The notes: generated by a model from the sequence alone, not told the origin. 64,000 nucleotides of DNA from Octopus sinensis (GCF_006345805.1 NC_043018.1:6262001-6326000); one strand, 5' to 3'. Positions 1 through 12,409 are shown, counted from the stretch's first letter. Translations and numbers: made by a program.

Positions 1-1
1 G

Positions 2-41
<40 letters not shown>

Positions 42-78
42 TATCATCATCATCATCATCATCAACAATAACAACAAC
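2..78. repeat. (ATC)n/(AAC)n microsatellite
   Basis: Direct trinucleotide runs. Confidence 0.95.
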
Positions 79-469
79 ATCACTGTTACTAGCAACCACG
101 ATTTGAGGAAAATAAGTTTATTGGTGAGAGGTGAACTGGTGACCCCCACCGGGGTTTAACCCATCCCCTCTCTCACTCTCTCTCTCTTTCTCCTCTGTGG
201 GGGTCAATTTATGCAATTTCTGTCTATCTTTTTTTTTTTTTAAATTTCAAAAGAAAAATTTCTGCCACTTAACGTATTTGGGGGGAAAAGGCATGGACGC
301 TTCAAGTTGTACGTCTTTTTACATCTGATTACAATCTGACAGTCACCCTGAGATCGGTCGAAAAACAGTTGCCCTCACCACCCTTCCTTACCGTCACCAC
401 CACCGCCGCCGCCACCATTATCATCATCATTGTCACTGGTTTTAATTGTCACGCTTCCTGTCTCTTCCT

Positions 470-925
470 TACCGTCCTCTAAGTTCTTCCTCTTCTGCCT
501 CCTCCTCCTGTTTACTGTTGCTGTTCGTTCTCCCTTTCTCTTCATTCTTCTTCTCCTCCTTTCTTCCTCTTCATCCTTCTTCTCCCCCTTTCTTCTTCTC
601 CTTTCTTCTTCTTCATCCTTCTTCTTCTTCGTCTTCTTCTTCTTCTTCATCTTCTCCTTTCTTCCTTTTCATCCTTCTTCTTCTTCTTCATCTTCTCCTT
701 TCTTCCTTTTCATCCTTCTTCTTCTTCATCTTCTCCTTTCTTCCTTTTCATCCTTCTTCTTCTCCTTTCTTCTTCTTCTTCGTCTTCTTCTCTTCTTCTT
801 CTTCTTCTTCTTCTTCTCCTTTCTTCTTCTCCTTTCTTCTTCTCTTTTTCTTCTTCTTCTTCTTCTTCTTCTTCTTCTTCTTCTTCAACTTCTTCTTCTT
901 CATCTTCTTCATCTTCTTCAAGTGA
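470..925. repeat. (TTC)n-rich polypyrimidine tract
   Basis: Degenerate TTC/CTT repeats; source of the S/F-rich and E/K-rich ORFs in the track. Confidence 0.95.
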
Positions 926-1144
926 TGGTGGCGGCGGTCTCGTTTGTAAGGAAGGTGTAGTGTTGTTTATCAAGCTGTACCCGGTTTCATATCTTAGTAA
1001 GAAACGAGGAGCACGTTTCGCAGTGTGTGTGTGTATTACGGGTGGATTTTAAAACAAATTTTTGTAATGGTTTAAGCAAGGTTTCAGTTAGAGTTATGGG
1101 AACAAAACTGATGAGGTCGTAGAAACAAACAAAATCTCAAATCC

Positions 1145-1461
1145 ACACACACACACCTTGCTGTCTGTCTTTATCACTTACACACATTTACATTATACCC
1201 CTTGCTCTCTCTTTCTCTTATACACACACGTTTACACATACACCTTGCTCTCTCACTTTCTCTCTCTCTCACACGCACACGTACATTTTGCTCTTTCTCT
1301 CTCTCTCTTACACATTTACACTTTCATCTCTCTTTCTCTCTCTCTCACACACGTACACCTTGTTCTTTCTCTCTCTTTCTCTGGCACATACACTTTGCTA
1401 CCTCTCTCCCTCTCTTTTTCTCTTTCTTACACACACACATTGGTCTTTTTACCCCGTTCTT

Positions 1462-1495
<34 letters not shown>

Positions 1496-1800
1496 CTTAC
1501 TCTTTCTCTCTCTGTTTCTCACACACACACACCTTACTCTTTCTCTCTCTGTTTCTCACACACACACCTTACTCTTTCTCTCTTTCTCACACACACACAC
1601 TTTACTCTTTCTCTCTCTCTTTCTCACACACCTTACTCTTTCTCTCTCTCTTTCTCACACACACCTTACTCTGTCTCTCTCTCTTTCTCACACACACACA
1701 CCTTACTCTGTCTCTCTCTCTTTCTCACACACACACACCTTACTTTGTCTCTCTCTCTTTCTCTCACACACACACCTTACTCTTTCTCTGTCATACACTC
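1145..1800. repeat. CT/CA compound minisatellite (unit about 30 bp, CACACCTTACTCTTTCTCTCT...)
   Basis: About 10 recognisable units between 1490 and 1790. Confidence 0.9.
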
Positions 1801-1959
1801 ACGTACACATCATCCACCCTCTCTGTCTTGCAAAAACATCTTGGGATTCAAGTCTAGATAACAACATTCTATTATTATTATTATTACTACTACTACTACT
1901 ACTATCATTATTATTGTCATTGTCATCATCACTATTGTTGATACTACACCAGAGGCAAA

Positions 1960-2900
1960 CGATGACGTTGATACGTCGATGGCGATGATGATGATGGCGG
2001 GAAACCATACTATCATGATGATGTTGGCAATGGTGGCGTCGGTCCGTTTCCCCTCCTCTTCCTGCGAGGCTACCTTTTAATCATCCCCTTATATTCATTG
2101 TATTTCCGCTGTCACCTTTTTTTGCTTACGTTGTTAGACACGAAACACAACAAAGAAGCGGCGAGGAGGCTGCTTGCTCGCGTACATTTATTTATTTACC
2201 TTCACTTATTATTATTATTATTATATATTTATGGTTTTACAAGGACCTTCAGGTTTTTTCCTTCCCTTTTTCATTCAGTCAGTTATTTCTTCATCGATTC
2301 ATTCATTCCTTCATTAATTTTATACTTCTTTTCATTCATTCATTCATTTTTAATTTTGTTTTTTCTTCATCTTTTCTTCTCTACATCTCGTTCGTCTTCA
2401 TTCTCTCTTCCTTTTGCTTCTTCTCCATCGTTTTCGTCTTATCGTCATCTTCATTCATTCCTATTGCTCTTCTTCTTAATCATCATCATCATCATTATCT
2501 ACTTTAACTTCTTCCACCACCACCACCACCATCATGGCACTCGTTACTAAGCCACTCCAGACCCGTCCACACCACTGCACGCCACCAAACTCTACATCAC
2601 ACCTCTATCACACACACACATATACACACACATAACGCACACATGCACACACATAACCACACTATACATTCTCCCTTTCTAGTGGTGTCGATCGGCTGTT
2701 AATTCCGTGGCACACCACACACAAACACAAACACACACACACACACACACCACACACACAAACACACACACACACACGACGTAAAGCAACCAGCTTCAAC
2801 AGTGTCGCCGTGACGCCGTCTCCGCTTTGTGTGTCGCAGTGACCATCCCAGATCAGGAGGTATTTACCCACCGATTACTGTCAACAACACCAGAACAGGT
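1960..2900. promoter_or_regulatory. CpG-enriched unique region, possible promoter / 5' gene region
   Basis: Non-repeat sequence with clustered CpGs (e.g. 2155-2185, 2803-2840) in an otherwise CpG-poor window; nearby splice-like motifs. Confidence 0.3.
2840..2898 (+). other. candidate exon
   Basis: CTTTGTGTGTCGCAG| acceptor and AACAG|GTATTG donor; two frames open (xTIPDQEVFTHRLLSTTPEQ or DHPRSGGIYPPITVNNTRT); no homolog recognised. Confidence 0.25.
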
Positions 2901-3189
2901 ATTGATTGATTCTTCTTCTTATTTTATTATTTTCCTTCGATGGAACACACACACACACACACACACACACTTGTTTGTTGCGAAATGCATTAAAAAAATA
3001 ATAATAATAACAAACAAAGCAGCAAAAAAAACAAAAAACTATTAAATTTCAGTTTTCTTTTTCAGAATTATTGTTAACTATACTCATTCAGCGGTGGTGC
3101 CCCAGCATGGCCGCGGCCTTCGGGCTAAAACATTTTTAAGGATTTAAGGATACTTAATGTGTGAAGTGGACTCACCTCTCCCTAAGTTT

Positions 3190-3583
3190 GTCTGTGTATA
3201 TATTTGCGTGTGTATACATATATGTTGGTGTATATGTTTATATTTATATATATGTATATATGCATGTTTTTATGTGGGGAATAAGTGTGAAATTTTATGC
3301 ATGCATATATATTCCATATGTCTCACGTATTTGCATATGCACATATATACATATGTTTATATGCATATGTTTGTACATATATATATATACACTTGTGCAT
3401 AGATATATATGTATATGCATATATATATGATATGCTTATGTATATGTATGAATTTATTAAGATGCATTGTGTGTGTATATACACACACACACACACACAT
3501 ATATATACACACATATATAAATAGATAGATGCATACATAGATACAGATATAGGTATGTATATATATATATACACATACACATA

Positions 3584-3615
<32 letters not shown>

Positions 3616-3634
3616 CATATATTTATATACTACA

Positions 3635-3667
<33 letters not shown>

Positions 3668-4139
3668 CATATGTGTATGTACATGTCTGTATGTGTTCAA
3701 CTAATTTGAAGTGAGGTGGGTCTATATACAATATCTATATAAAAGAAAATAAATAGAACACACCCCTATAAAGAAGTTATACATGTTTTACAACACATCA
3801 TGTGGGATATCTAGATGTTTCTACAACTTTTCACTTCCTCAGCTGCTGTTGCAAAAGACAAGACCCCCATGAGCCCTGTCTGCAAATAGCAGTTTTCTTC
3901 TAAAGGATTGAATATAAAGCGTTGGGCAAATGAAGTGTGCATGTTTAGTGTGTTTATTTACAACTGGAGGTAATCCCGTCCGGGAAGATAGTGAAAGTAT
4001 GTTTGTATCGGTATGTGTATAAATGTATAAATATATGTGTATTTTTTCTATAAACATGTGTATATATGTATATGTATGTGTGTATATGTATGTGTATGTA
4101 TATATATATATATATATACACACACACATATATATATAT

Positions 4140-4204
<65 letters not shown>

Positions 4205-4222
4205 ACATATATATATATACAA

Positions 4223-4264
<42 letters not shown>

Positions 4265-4406
4265 TATATATATATACATACATATATACATATAATATAT
4301 ATATGTATATATATATGTTTATATATGTGTTTGTATATATATGTATATATATATATGAATATATATATTTATATATATATGTACACATATATATATATAC
4401 ATACAC

Positions 4407-4437
<31 letters not shown>

Positions 4438-4475
4438 CATATATGTATGCATGTATGTATGTATATGTATATATA
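3190..4475. repeat. (TA)n/(CA)n/(TATG)n microsatellite blocks (3190-3690, 4020-4475)
   Basis: Direct inspection. Confidence 0.9.
3843..3969 (+). other. candidate non-coding exon
   Basis: Strong pyrimidine tract TTCTACAACTTTTCACTTCCTCAG| and GAG|GTAATC donor; stops in all three frames. Confidence 0.25.
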
Positions 4476-4674
4476 GATACAGGCGGGCGTGGTTGTGTCG
4501 TAAGAGGTTTTCTTCCCAGCCGCAAGGTTTCGGGTTCACACCTTATGTTCTGCAGAGTCACAGGGCCAATCAAAGCCCTTGGGAGGGAATTTGGTAAAGG
4601 GAAACTGAAAGAAGACCATCGTATGTACACACACACACATGTATGTGTGTGTGTGTTCTTTTTTTTTATTTCCT

Positions 4675-5087
4675 TTCGTTTCAGTCATTTGACTGCAGCC
4701 ATGATGGAGCACTCTCTTAAAGGGGTTTAGTCAGAGAAATTGACCCCAGGACTTATGCTTTGTAAGCCTAGTACTTATTCTATCAGTCTCTTTTGCTGAA
4801 CCACTTAGTTACAAGGACATAAACACACCAACATCAGTTATCAAGCGATGGTGCTGGGGGGATGAAGACCGGCACACAGATACAAATACATACATACATA
4901 CACATATATATATACTTATACATACATATACAACAGGCTTCTTTCAGTTTCTGTCTACCAAATCCACTCACATGGTTTTGATCGGCCAGAAGGTATAGTG
5001 GGAAACCCCTTGCCCAAGATACCACACAGTGAGACTGAACCTGGAACCATGTGGTTGGAAAGCAAGCTTCTTATCACACAGCTACAC
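4675..5087 (-). mobile_element. tRNA-headed SINE, family A (two halves split by an internal microsatellite)
   Basis: Reverse complement of the GGAGTGGCTGTGTGGTAAG...CAGTCAAATGACTGAAAC element repeated many times in the window. Confidence 0.85.
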
Positions 5088-5357
5088 TTGTGCCTATCAT
5101 ACACACGCACACCTGTGTGTGTTTGTGTGTATGTGTGTGTGTGTGTGTGTGTGATATTGTCTTCTTGCCTTGACATCTCATAATAGTTGCAAACGTGTGT
5201 GGACTGTCATGCAAGGAATGTCATTAATATCCTATCTTCAGTGAGAATATGTATGGTCATATTCCTTACCTGGAAAACGAGCAAGTGTCTTCTACTATAG
5301 CCTTGGGCTGAACAAAACCTTGTGCATGGATCTGGTACAGGGAAACTAAAAGCAGGC

Positions 5358-5655
5358 CATCATCATCATCATCATCATCGTTTAACGTCCGTTTTCCATG
5401 CTAGCATGGGTTGGAGGGTTCAACCGGGGTCCAGGAAGCCAGGAAGCTGCACCAGGCCCAGTCTGATCTGGCAGTGTTTCTACAGCTGGATGCCCTTCCT
5501 AACGCCAACCACTCTGTGAGTGTAGTGGGTGCTTTTTACGTGCCACCTGCACAGGTGCCAGACGAGGCTGGAGAATGGCCACGATCAGATGGTGCTTTTT
5601 ACATGCCACCGACACAGGGGCCAGACGGGGCTGGCAACGGCCACAATCAGATGGT
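5358..5655 (-). mobile_element. 5'-truncated RTE LINE 3' UTR with (GAT)n tail
   Basis: Matches the reverse complement of the 3' UTR of the RTE copies at 50600-50969 and 54750-55061. Confidence 0.85.
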
Positions 5656-6098
5656 GCTTATGTATATGTATATATATATATATATGTATAGTGTATATTA
5701 TATATGTTGGTATGTATGTATGTATATATATATTTCTATGTATGTATGTATGTATCTATATGTGTGTCTGTATTTATTTCCCTGTCATCGTTTGACAACC
5801 AGTGTTGGTGTGTTTATGTCCCTGTAACTTAGTGGTTTGGCAAAAAAGACCAATAAAATAAGTACCAGGCTTAAAAAAATATAAGTCCTAGGGTTAATTT
5901 GTTCAACTAAGAACCTTCAAGGTTGTGCTCCAGCATGGCTGCAGTCAAATGACTGAAACAAGTAAACGAATAAAGAATATATATATGTATATATATATAT
6001 ATATAATCAATCAATATAGGGTGGCAAAAAATTTCGTAGAATTTTTTTGCCACCAGCAGCCTAATTATGGCCTATTATGGCCGTTCCTTGATTGTGAT

Positions 6099-6129
<31 letters not shown>

Positions 6130-6140
6130 GTATGTATATA

Positions 6141-6346
6141 CGAGGGGATGCTGAAAGTTCCTGGCTTTGGGTAAAAGAAAATACAGCAGGATCAATTCAT
6201 TATGATTTTATTCATCATGTTCCCCTCTCATTTATTGCAGCGGTCCTTCAGTTTCTCTAAGCCCTGTAAAAGAAACTTCGAAGGTTGGCTTTCAACCAGG
6301 TTTTTTGCAATGCCCTTAAAGCCAGGAACCTTTTGACACCCCGTCA
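6141..6346. mobile_element. mariner-derived MITE
   Basis: TA-CGAGGGGATGCTGAAAGTTCCTGGCTTT ... AAAGCCAGGAACCTTTTGACACCCCG terminal inverted repeats; a right-end fragment of the same family lies at 21185-21295. Confidence 0.7.
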
Positions 6347-6499
6347 TGTGTATTTACATGGGGGTATGGTTAAATCGCTTGCCTTGCTAGCACATGGTTT
6401 TGGGTTCAATCCACTTGGAGAAGTGTCTTTCACTCTAGCTCTAGGCTGACCTATACTTTGTGAGTTCAATTTGGTTGGTAGAAACTGTGTGAAGGAAAG

Positions 6500-7085
6500 C
6501 TACGAGCTGGCAGAATCGTTAGCACGCCGAGGTCGACTTTGCCTTTCATCCTTTCAGGGTCGATTAAATAAGTACCAGTTATGCACTGGGATCGATATAA
6601 TCGACTTAACCCATTTGTCCCTTGTTTGTCCCCTCTGTGTTTAGCCCCTTGTGGGTAGTAAAGAAATATATATTAAAAGGCGGCGAGCTGGCAGAAACAT
6701 TAGCACGTCGGGTGAAATGCTTAGCAGTATTTCGTCTGCCGCTACGTTCTGAGTTCAAATTCTGCCGAGGTCGACTATGCCTTTCATTCTTTTGGGGTTG
6801 ATAAATTAAGTACCAGTTATGCACTGGGGTCGACATAATCGACTTAATACCTATGTCTGTCCTTGTTTGTCCCCTCTGTGTTTAGCCCCTTGTGGGTAGT
6901 AAAGAAATAGGTATTTCGTCTGAGTTCAAATTCTGCTGAGGTCGACTTTACCTTTCATCCTTTCGGGGCCGATAAATTAAGTACCGCTATACACTGGGGT
7001 TGATCTAATTGACTTAATCCCTTTCTCTTTCCTTGCTTGTCTTCTCTATGTTTAGCCCCTTGTGGGCAATAAAGAAATAAGAAAC
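6500..7085 (+). mobile_element. three head-to-tail Nin-domain tRNA SINE copies (family B)
   Basis: GTCGACTTTGCCTTTCATCCTTTCGGGGTCGATAAATTAAGTACCAG core and GTGGGTAGTAAAGAAAT-type tail repeated three times. Confidence 0.85.
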
Positions 7086-7354
7086 TGTATGAAAACCTAT
7101 TGTATACATATATATGTGTATGTGTGTGTCCAAGCAGGTTGACAGATGGTGTTGGTTTGTTTACATCCCAATAACGTAGTGGTTTAGCAAAAGGGACCAA
7201 TAGAATATGTACCAGTTTTAATAATAACTATTGGGGTCAATTTAATCATCTAAGCCCTTCAAGGATGTGACCCCAGCATGGCTTCATTTCAATGACTGAA
7301 ACAAGTAAAAGATAAAGAATAAGATATATATATATATATACATGTACCCTCTTT

Positions 7355-7705
7355 TTTATTCTTTACTCTTTTGCTGCGGCCATGCTGAAGCATCGCTTTT
7401 AGTCAAGCAAATTGACCCCAGGACTTATTCTTTGTAAGCCTATTACTTATTCTATCAGTCTCTTTTGCCGAACTGCTAAGTTATGGGGATGTAAACACGC
7501 CAGCATCGGTTGTCAAGCAATACTAGGGGGACGAACACAGACACACACATATATATATACATATACATATATACAACGGGCTTCTTTCAGTTTCCATCTA
7601 CCATATCTACTCACAAGGCTTTGGTCGGCCCGAGATGCCACGCAGTGGGACTGAACCCAGAACCATGTGGCTGGTAAGCGAGCTACTTAACCACACAGCC
7701 ACTCC

Positions 7706-7708
<3 letters not shown>
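7355..7708 (-). mobile_element. SINE family A
   Basis: Full reverse-complement copy. Confidence 0.85.
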
Positions 7709-7740
<32 letters not shown>

Positions 7741-7904
7741 CATAAGCTAGCATGGAAAGGGGACATTAAACAATGATGACGATGATGATGATGATGATGA
7801 TAATATAGGTATGTTTAAATGTTTGACAAGTGCCAACACACGAAACTCTCAGATCATGAGTTACTCTGTTTCTTCTGCTAAATATTAATAAATCTACATA
7901 AATA

Positions 7905-8290
7905 GGCACAGGAGTTACTGTGTGGTAAGTAGCTTGCTTACCAACCACATGGTTCCAGGTTCAGTCCCACTGCATGTTATCTTGGGCAGGTGTCTTTTAC
8001 TATAGCCTCGGGGCCGACCAAAGCCTTGTGTGTGCATTTGGTAGATGGAAACTGAAAGAAGCCCATTGTATGTGTGTGTGTGTGTATGTTTGTGTGTCAG
8101 TGTTTGTCCCCCCCACCTTCACTTGACAACCAATGCTGGTGTGTTTACATCCCTGTAACTTAGCAGTTTGGCAAAAGAGACTGATAGAATAAGTACTAGG
8201 TTTACAAAGAATGAGTCCTGTGGTCGATTTGTTCAACTAAAGGCGAAGCTCCAGCATGGCTGCAGTCAAATGACTGAAACAAATAAAAGA
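7905..8290 (+). mobile_element. SINE family A
   Basis: A/B-box-like head GGAGTTACTGTGTGGTAAG...GGTTCAGTCCC, CCTTGGGCAAGTG-type core, family tail. Confidence 0.85.
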
Positions 8291-8344
8291 CTAAAAGAAT
8301 GTGTGTGTGTGTGTCTGTATACACACACACACACACTGTACATG

Positions 8345-8620
8345 TTTAATATCAGCTGTCCACCGTCAACTGTTAAAGATTGATTCAATATATAAATGCA
8401 GCTGATTGCTGAGTATACACTTTTTGCCTCGTCCACACTTATAAAACCAAAAGCCTTCCTCATGGCCATCCCTGGTGCAGTGGCTCTGATGCTACAGTTG
8501 CATAGGGTTTTGCCCCGAAAGAATCCCCTCAACCCAAAATCCACGTAGTTTTTCAGATCAGCTGAGCAAAGATGTCTAGACTTCCGCAGACACACATTCA
8601 AAATTTTTCTGTGCACAGGA
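8345..8620 (-). pseudogene. Tc1/mariner transposase C-terminal relic
   Basis: SADLKNYVDFGLRGFFRGK...LTVDGGQL aligns by eye with the SPDLNPLDFFLWG.LK...C...GGHF transposase C-terminus. Confidence 0.55.
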
Positions 8621-8778
8621 TTGGCAATGTGGTTTAGATGTTTGCTTTCCGACCACATGATTTCAGGTTCAGTCCCACTGTGCAGCACCTTGGACAACTA
8701 TTTCCTACTACAGTGCTGGACTGACTAAAGCCTTGTGAGGAGAGTGTGTGTATCTATCTATCTATCTATCTATATATA

Positions 8779-9294
8779 TCATCATCATCATCATCGTCGT
8801 TTAGCGTCCGTTTTCCATGCTAGCATGGGTTGGACGGTTCTACTGGGGTCTGTGAAGCCAGAAGGCTTCATCAGGCCCGGTCAAATCTGGCAGTGTTTCT
8901 ACGGCTGGATGCCCTTCCTAACGCCAACCACTCCGTGAGTGTAGTGGGTGCTTTTTACGTGCCACCCGCACAGGTGCCAGACAGAGCTGGCAAACGGCCA
9001 CGAACGGATGGTGCTTTTTATGTGCCACCGGCACAAGGGCCAGGCGAGGCTGGCAACGGACACGAAACGGGGCGGTGCTGGCAACGGTCGCGAAACGGAA
9101 GGTTCTCTTACATGCCACCGGCACTGGTAACACATCTGCAATTTCCATTGATCGATTTCGATTCTGATCCTCACTTGCCTCAACAGGTCTTCACAAGTAG
9201 AGTTTTGTGTCCCAAGAAGGGAAGGTATGCATACGTAGGCTGGCTCCATCCCAAGTAGAAGGCCACGGGTTATGGACTCACTTGTCCTGCCGGG

Positions 9295-9295
<1 letters not shown>
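8779..9295 (-). mobile_element. RTE LINE 3' UTR, near-identical to 50341-50969
   Basis: Reverse-complement identity over about 500 bp; the ORF track gives matching peptides (8830-9258 vs 50582-50917). Confidence 0.9.
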
Positions 9296-9327
<32 letters not shown>

Positions 9328-9329
<2 letters not shown>

Positions 9330-9675
9330 ATCATCATCATCATCATCATTTAACATCCATTTTCCATGCTAGCATGGGTTGGACGATTTGACTGTGGACT
9401 GGCGAACCAGATGGCTGCACCAGGCTCTAATCTGATCTAGGAGAGTATCTACAGCTGGATGCCCTTCCTAACCACTCTGAGAGTGTAGTGGGTGCTTTTA
9501 CGTGCCACTGGCATGGGGGCCTGTCTGATGGTACTGGTAACCGCCATGCTCAAATAGTGTTTTTTACGTACCACCTGCACAGGAGTCAGTCCAGCAACAC
9601 TGGCAACGACCTCATTCGAATGTTTTGTTCACGTGCCAATGGCACAAGTGCCAGTAGGGCTGCGCAGGTAATGAT
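9328..9675 (-). mobile_element. older RTE 3' UTR copy
   Basis: Diverged match to the same tail, ending in (GAT)n against (TA)n. Confidence 0.75.
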
Positions 9676-9994
9676 CACGCTCAATATATATATATATATA
9701 TATATATATTTTGTTTTTACTTGTTTCAGTCATTAGACTGTGGCTTTGATGGGGCATCATCTTGAGGAATCTTTAGTTGAATTAATCAACTTCAGTACTT
9801 ATTTTCGTTAAGCCTGGTAATTATTTTCCTGTCTACGAAATCCACTCACAAGGCTTTGGTCAGCCTGATTCTATAGTAGAAGACACTTGCCCAAGATGCT
9901 GCACATGAGACTGAACCCAGAACCATGAGGTTAGGAAGCAAGCTTTGTACCACATTTCCACCACTGTGCTTTTATATATATATATATATAATAT

Positions 9995-11143
9995 CAGATA
10001 ATAACATCATTTATCAAAAAATGCAATGAGGATAAAAATAAACCTTCTTTTCTATAATGTTATTCAATAAAGCCACCTTCAGCTTCAACAACTGCTTCTA
10101 TATGAGATCTAAATCATCTACATGCTCGAATCAAGTGGTCCTGGCTTATTTTGGACATTATTCTGACTATGGCAACTTTCATAGAATCTTTGGTGTTATG
10201 AGTATGTTCATTAACCTCTCTCTCTCTCTACAATGTTCCACATGTAATAGTCCAATGGATTGAGATCTGGGGAATTATGTGGCCAAATGTTAGGGATTAT
10301 GTGATCATGAAAATTTTCAGCCATCCATTCCTGTGTTACTAGAGCCATGTGTGATAGTGAAGAGTCTTACTGAAACCATATGGCCTTCCATTGCATACAC
10401 TTTCTATCCAGGACCTCAATGTAGGCGGCAAGTTAACTCTAGAGCCTTGTGGAAAGAAGTAAAGAGGCATCACATTTTCTTCATTGCTGACAACCCCTAA
10501 GACCAATACAGTTGCAGGAAATTTTGTATGCATAACACTTGAAACTTTCTTCTGTTAACTTTTTGATCTTGGTCAGAGTTTTTCTCGTTTGAGAAAAACC
10601 AAATCAAATCTTCTGCTGGATTTTTCAGTTTGTTTAGGAAACTTTTAGATCTGAGGTAGTGATTTTCTTTTGCTTTTTCTGACAAATTGACCTTTTCTCA
10701 TATAAGACTTATATCTGATGTCTTCGGGGACAACATTTCTGACTGTTCCTTCTGACACATGGAGATCTTTTGCAATTGACCTCATGGATGTTCTGGGATT
10801 GTAATCAATGGTCTGTTGAACTTGTTGGATAAATTCAGGTGTTCTGATGATTTCAGAGCATTTAGAATGCTTTTTATGCTTTGATACTGGTGATACATTT
10901 CCACCTTCAGTCTCTAGATCCTTACAAACTTTGTAGACGAAAGATCTGGCAGCTTTTAAAAATCGAGATATTTCTAAATCGCTATGATCAGCCTTTATAA
11001 CCACAATAACATCATGCCTCTCCATTTCTTGAGGAAGCTGAGGGTCTGCCATTATTATTTTCTGAAGCAAAGATTATACAGAGTGAGCAAAAAATGCAGC
11101 AATGACCCAAAAAAAGCATGTCTTCAAAGCCTTACGCACCCTA
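9995..11143 (-). mobile_element. degenerate maT/DD37D-type (Bmmar1-like) mariner transposon
   Basis: HTH region SMRSIAKDLHVSEGTVRNVV (ORF 10645-11070), frameshifted catalytic remnants, C-terminus EAVVEAEGGFIE* near 10063, end motif TAGGGTGCG. Confidence 0.8.
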
Positions 11144-11164
11144 TGTGTGTGTGTGTGTGTGTAA

Positions 11165-11222
<58 letters not shown>

Positions 11223-11224
<2 letters not shown>

Positions 11225-11523
11225 AGGCGCAATGGCCCAGTGGTTAGGGCAGCGGACTCGCGGTCGGAGGATCGTGGTTTCGATTCCCAGACCGGGCGTT
11301 GTGTGTGTTTATTGAGCGAAAACACCTAAAAAAGCTCCACGAGGCTCCGGCAGGGGGTGGTGATCCCTGCTGTACTCTTTCACCACTCTTTCTCCTACTT
11401 TCTTCTGTTGGCCTGCTCGCTTAGTCAGCAGGGTGGCATCGTTCAAAGGCTAAAACAATGCGAACGCATTGTGACCAGCGATGTGTAGCAACATCTGATG
11501 GTCTGGTTGGTCACATGATCACG

Positions 11524-11526
<3 letters not shown>
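11223..11526 (+). mobile_element. tRNA-Arg-like headed SINE (family C)
   Basis: GGCGCAATGGCCCAGTGGTTAGG...GGTTTCGATTCCC head with A/B boxes followed by non-tRNA body; copies at 25765-26000, 30683-31010, 57428-57730, and degenerate ones at 20350-20590, 20710-20945. Confidence 0.85.
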
Positions 11527-11572
<46 letters not shown>

Positions 11573-12014
11573 AGATAAGAAAATGGAGAAATACATCTAA
11601 ATCAAATATCAATTACCAGATAATATTCAATCACATACTTTATTAAACCACCACATAAGAGACTGTAGGGTTAAATGTAAAAAGCAGAACAAATCAGTGT
11701 ACATAAAAGAGTAATGTTGTATTATAAGTAGAATATATATAAAAGAGAATATAAATATAAGTAAATATAAATATAAGTATAGATTACATCTTACAGCTGT
11801 AATATAATGTACAATTGACGATGTATATTTGCATCTAGGTACTAATTTGAATGTGGAACATATATATATATGTTTACTAATTTATATTATTTATTTATAT
11901 CATTATATCTTTATATGTATAAGAGTGTGAGTATATGCACTCAAATGTATATGTATATGTTGTATTATGGGTATGCACCCACACCCATGTGGGTATATAT
12001 GTAGACTGATTTAT

Positions 12015-12154
12015 ATTACATAATCTCCAAAGAGGCCTTATGATATTTTTGTAAATGTCTCATTTATATCTATATATTGACCAACCATAAAGGGCTAATA
12101 TTGGTAAAATGAGACATACTTATCTACATGGCCGAAACAGCTGTAAGATGTAAT
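12015..12154 (+). ncRNA. decayed type I hammerhead with long stem II
   Basis: ATTACAT..CT CCAAAGA GGCC...GGCC GAAA CAGCTG TA AGATGTAAT; core deviates from CTGAAGA. Confidence 0.45.
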
Positions 12155-12176
12155 CTATACTTATATTTATATTTAC

Positions 12177-12409
12177 AAGGCGGCGAGCTGGCAGAAACGT
12201 TTGTACGCCGGGCGACCTGCGTAGCCGTATTTCGTCTGTCGTTACGTTCCGAGTTCAAATTCCGCCGAGGTCGACTTTGCCTTTCATCCTTTCGGGGTCG
12301 ATAAATTAAGTACCAGTTACGCACTGGGGTCGATGTAATCGACTTAATCCCTTTGTCTGTCCTTGTATGTCCCCTCTGTGTTTAGCCCCTTGTGGGTAGT
12401 AAAGAAATA
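12177..12409 (+). mobile_element. full-length Nin-domain SINE (family B) with 15-bp TSD
   Basis: TSD TATATTTATATTTAC at 12162-12176 and 12410-12424. Confidence 0.92.

Noticed and set aside
375-973. E/K/R-rich and S/F-rich ORFs
   Set aside because: Products of the (TTC)n tract; no splice or homology support.
1108-1126. CTGATGAG...GAAAC hammerhead-like string
   Set aside because: No stem II closure (A precedes GAAA) and no stem I or III pairing.
1440-1800. Regularly spaced repeats (also 39445-39771) as a CRISPR-like array
   Set aside because: No unique spacers, eukaryotic context, no cas genes.
8266-8697. 143-aa ORF as a possible host exon
   Set aside because: Starts in a SINE; the core matches a transposase C-terminus.
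11223-11300. tRNA-Arg-like sequence (also 30683, 57428)
   Set aside because: SINE head: the acceptor stem does not close and it continues into a shared SINE body.
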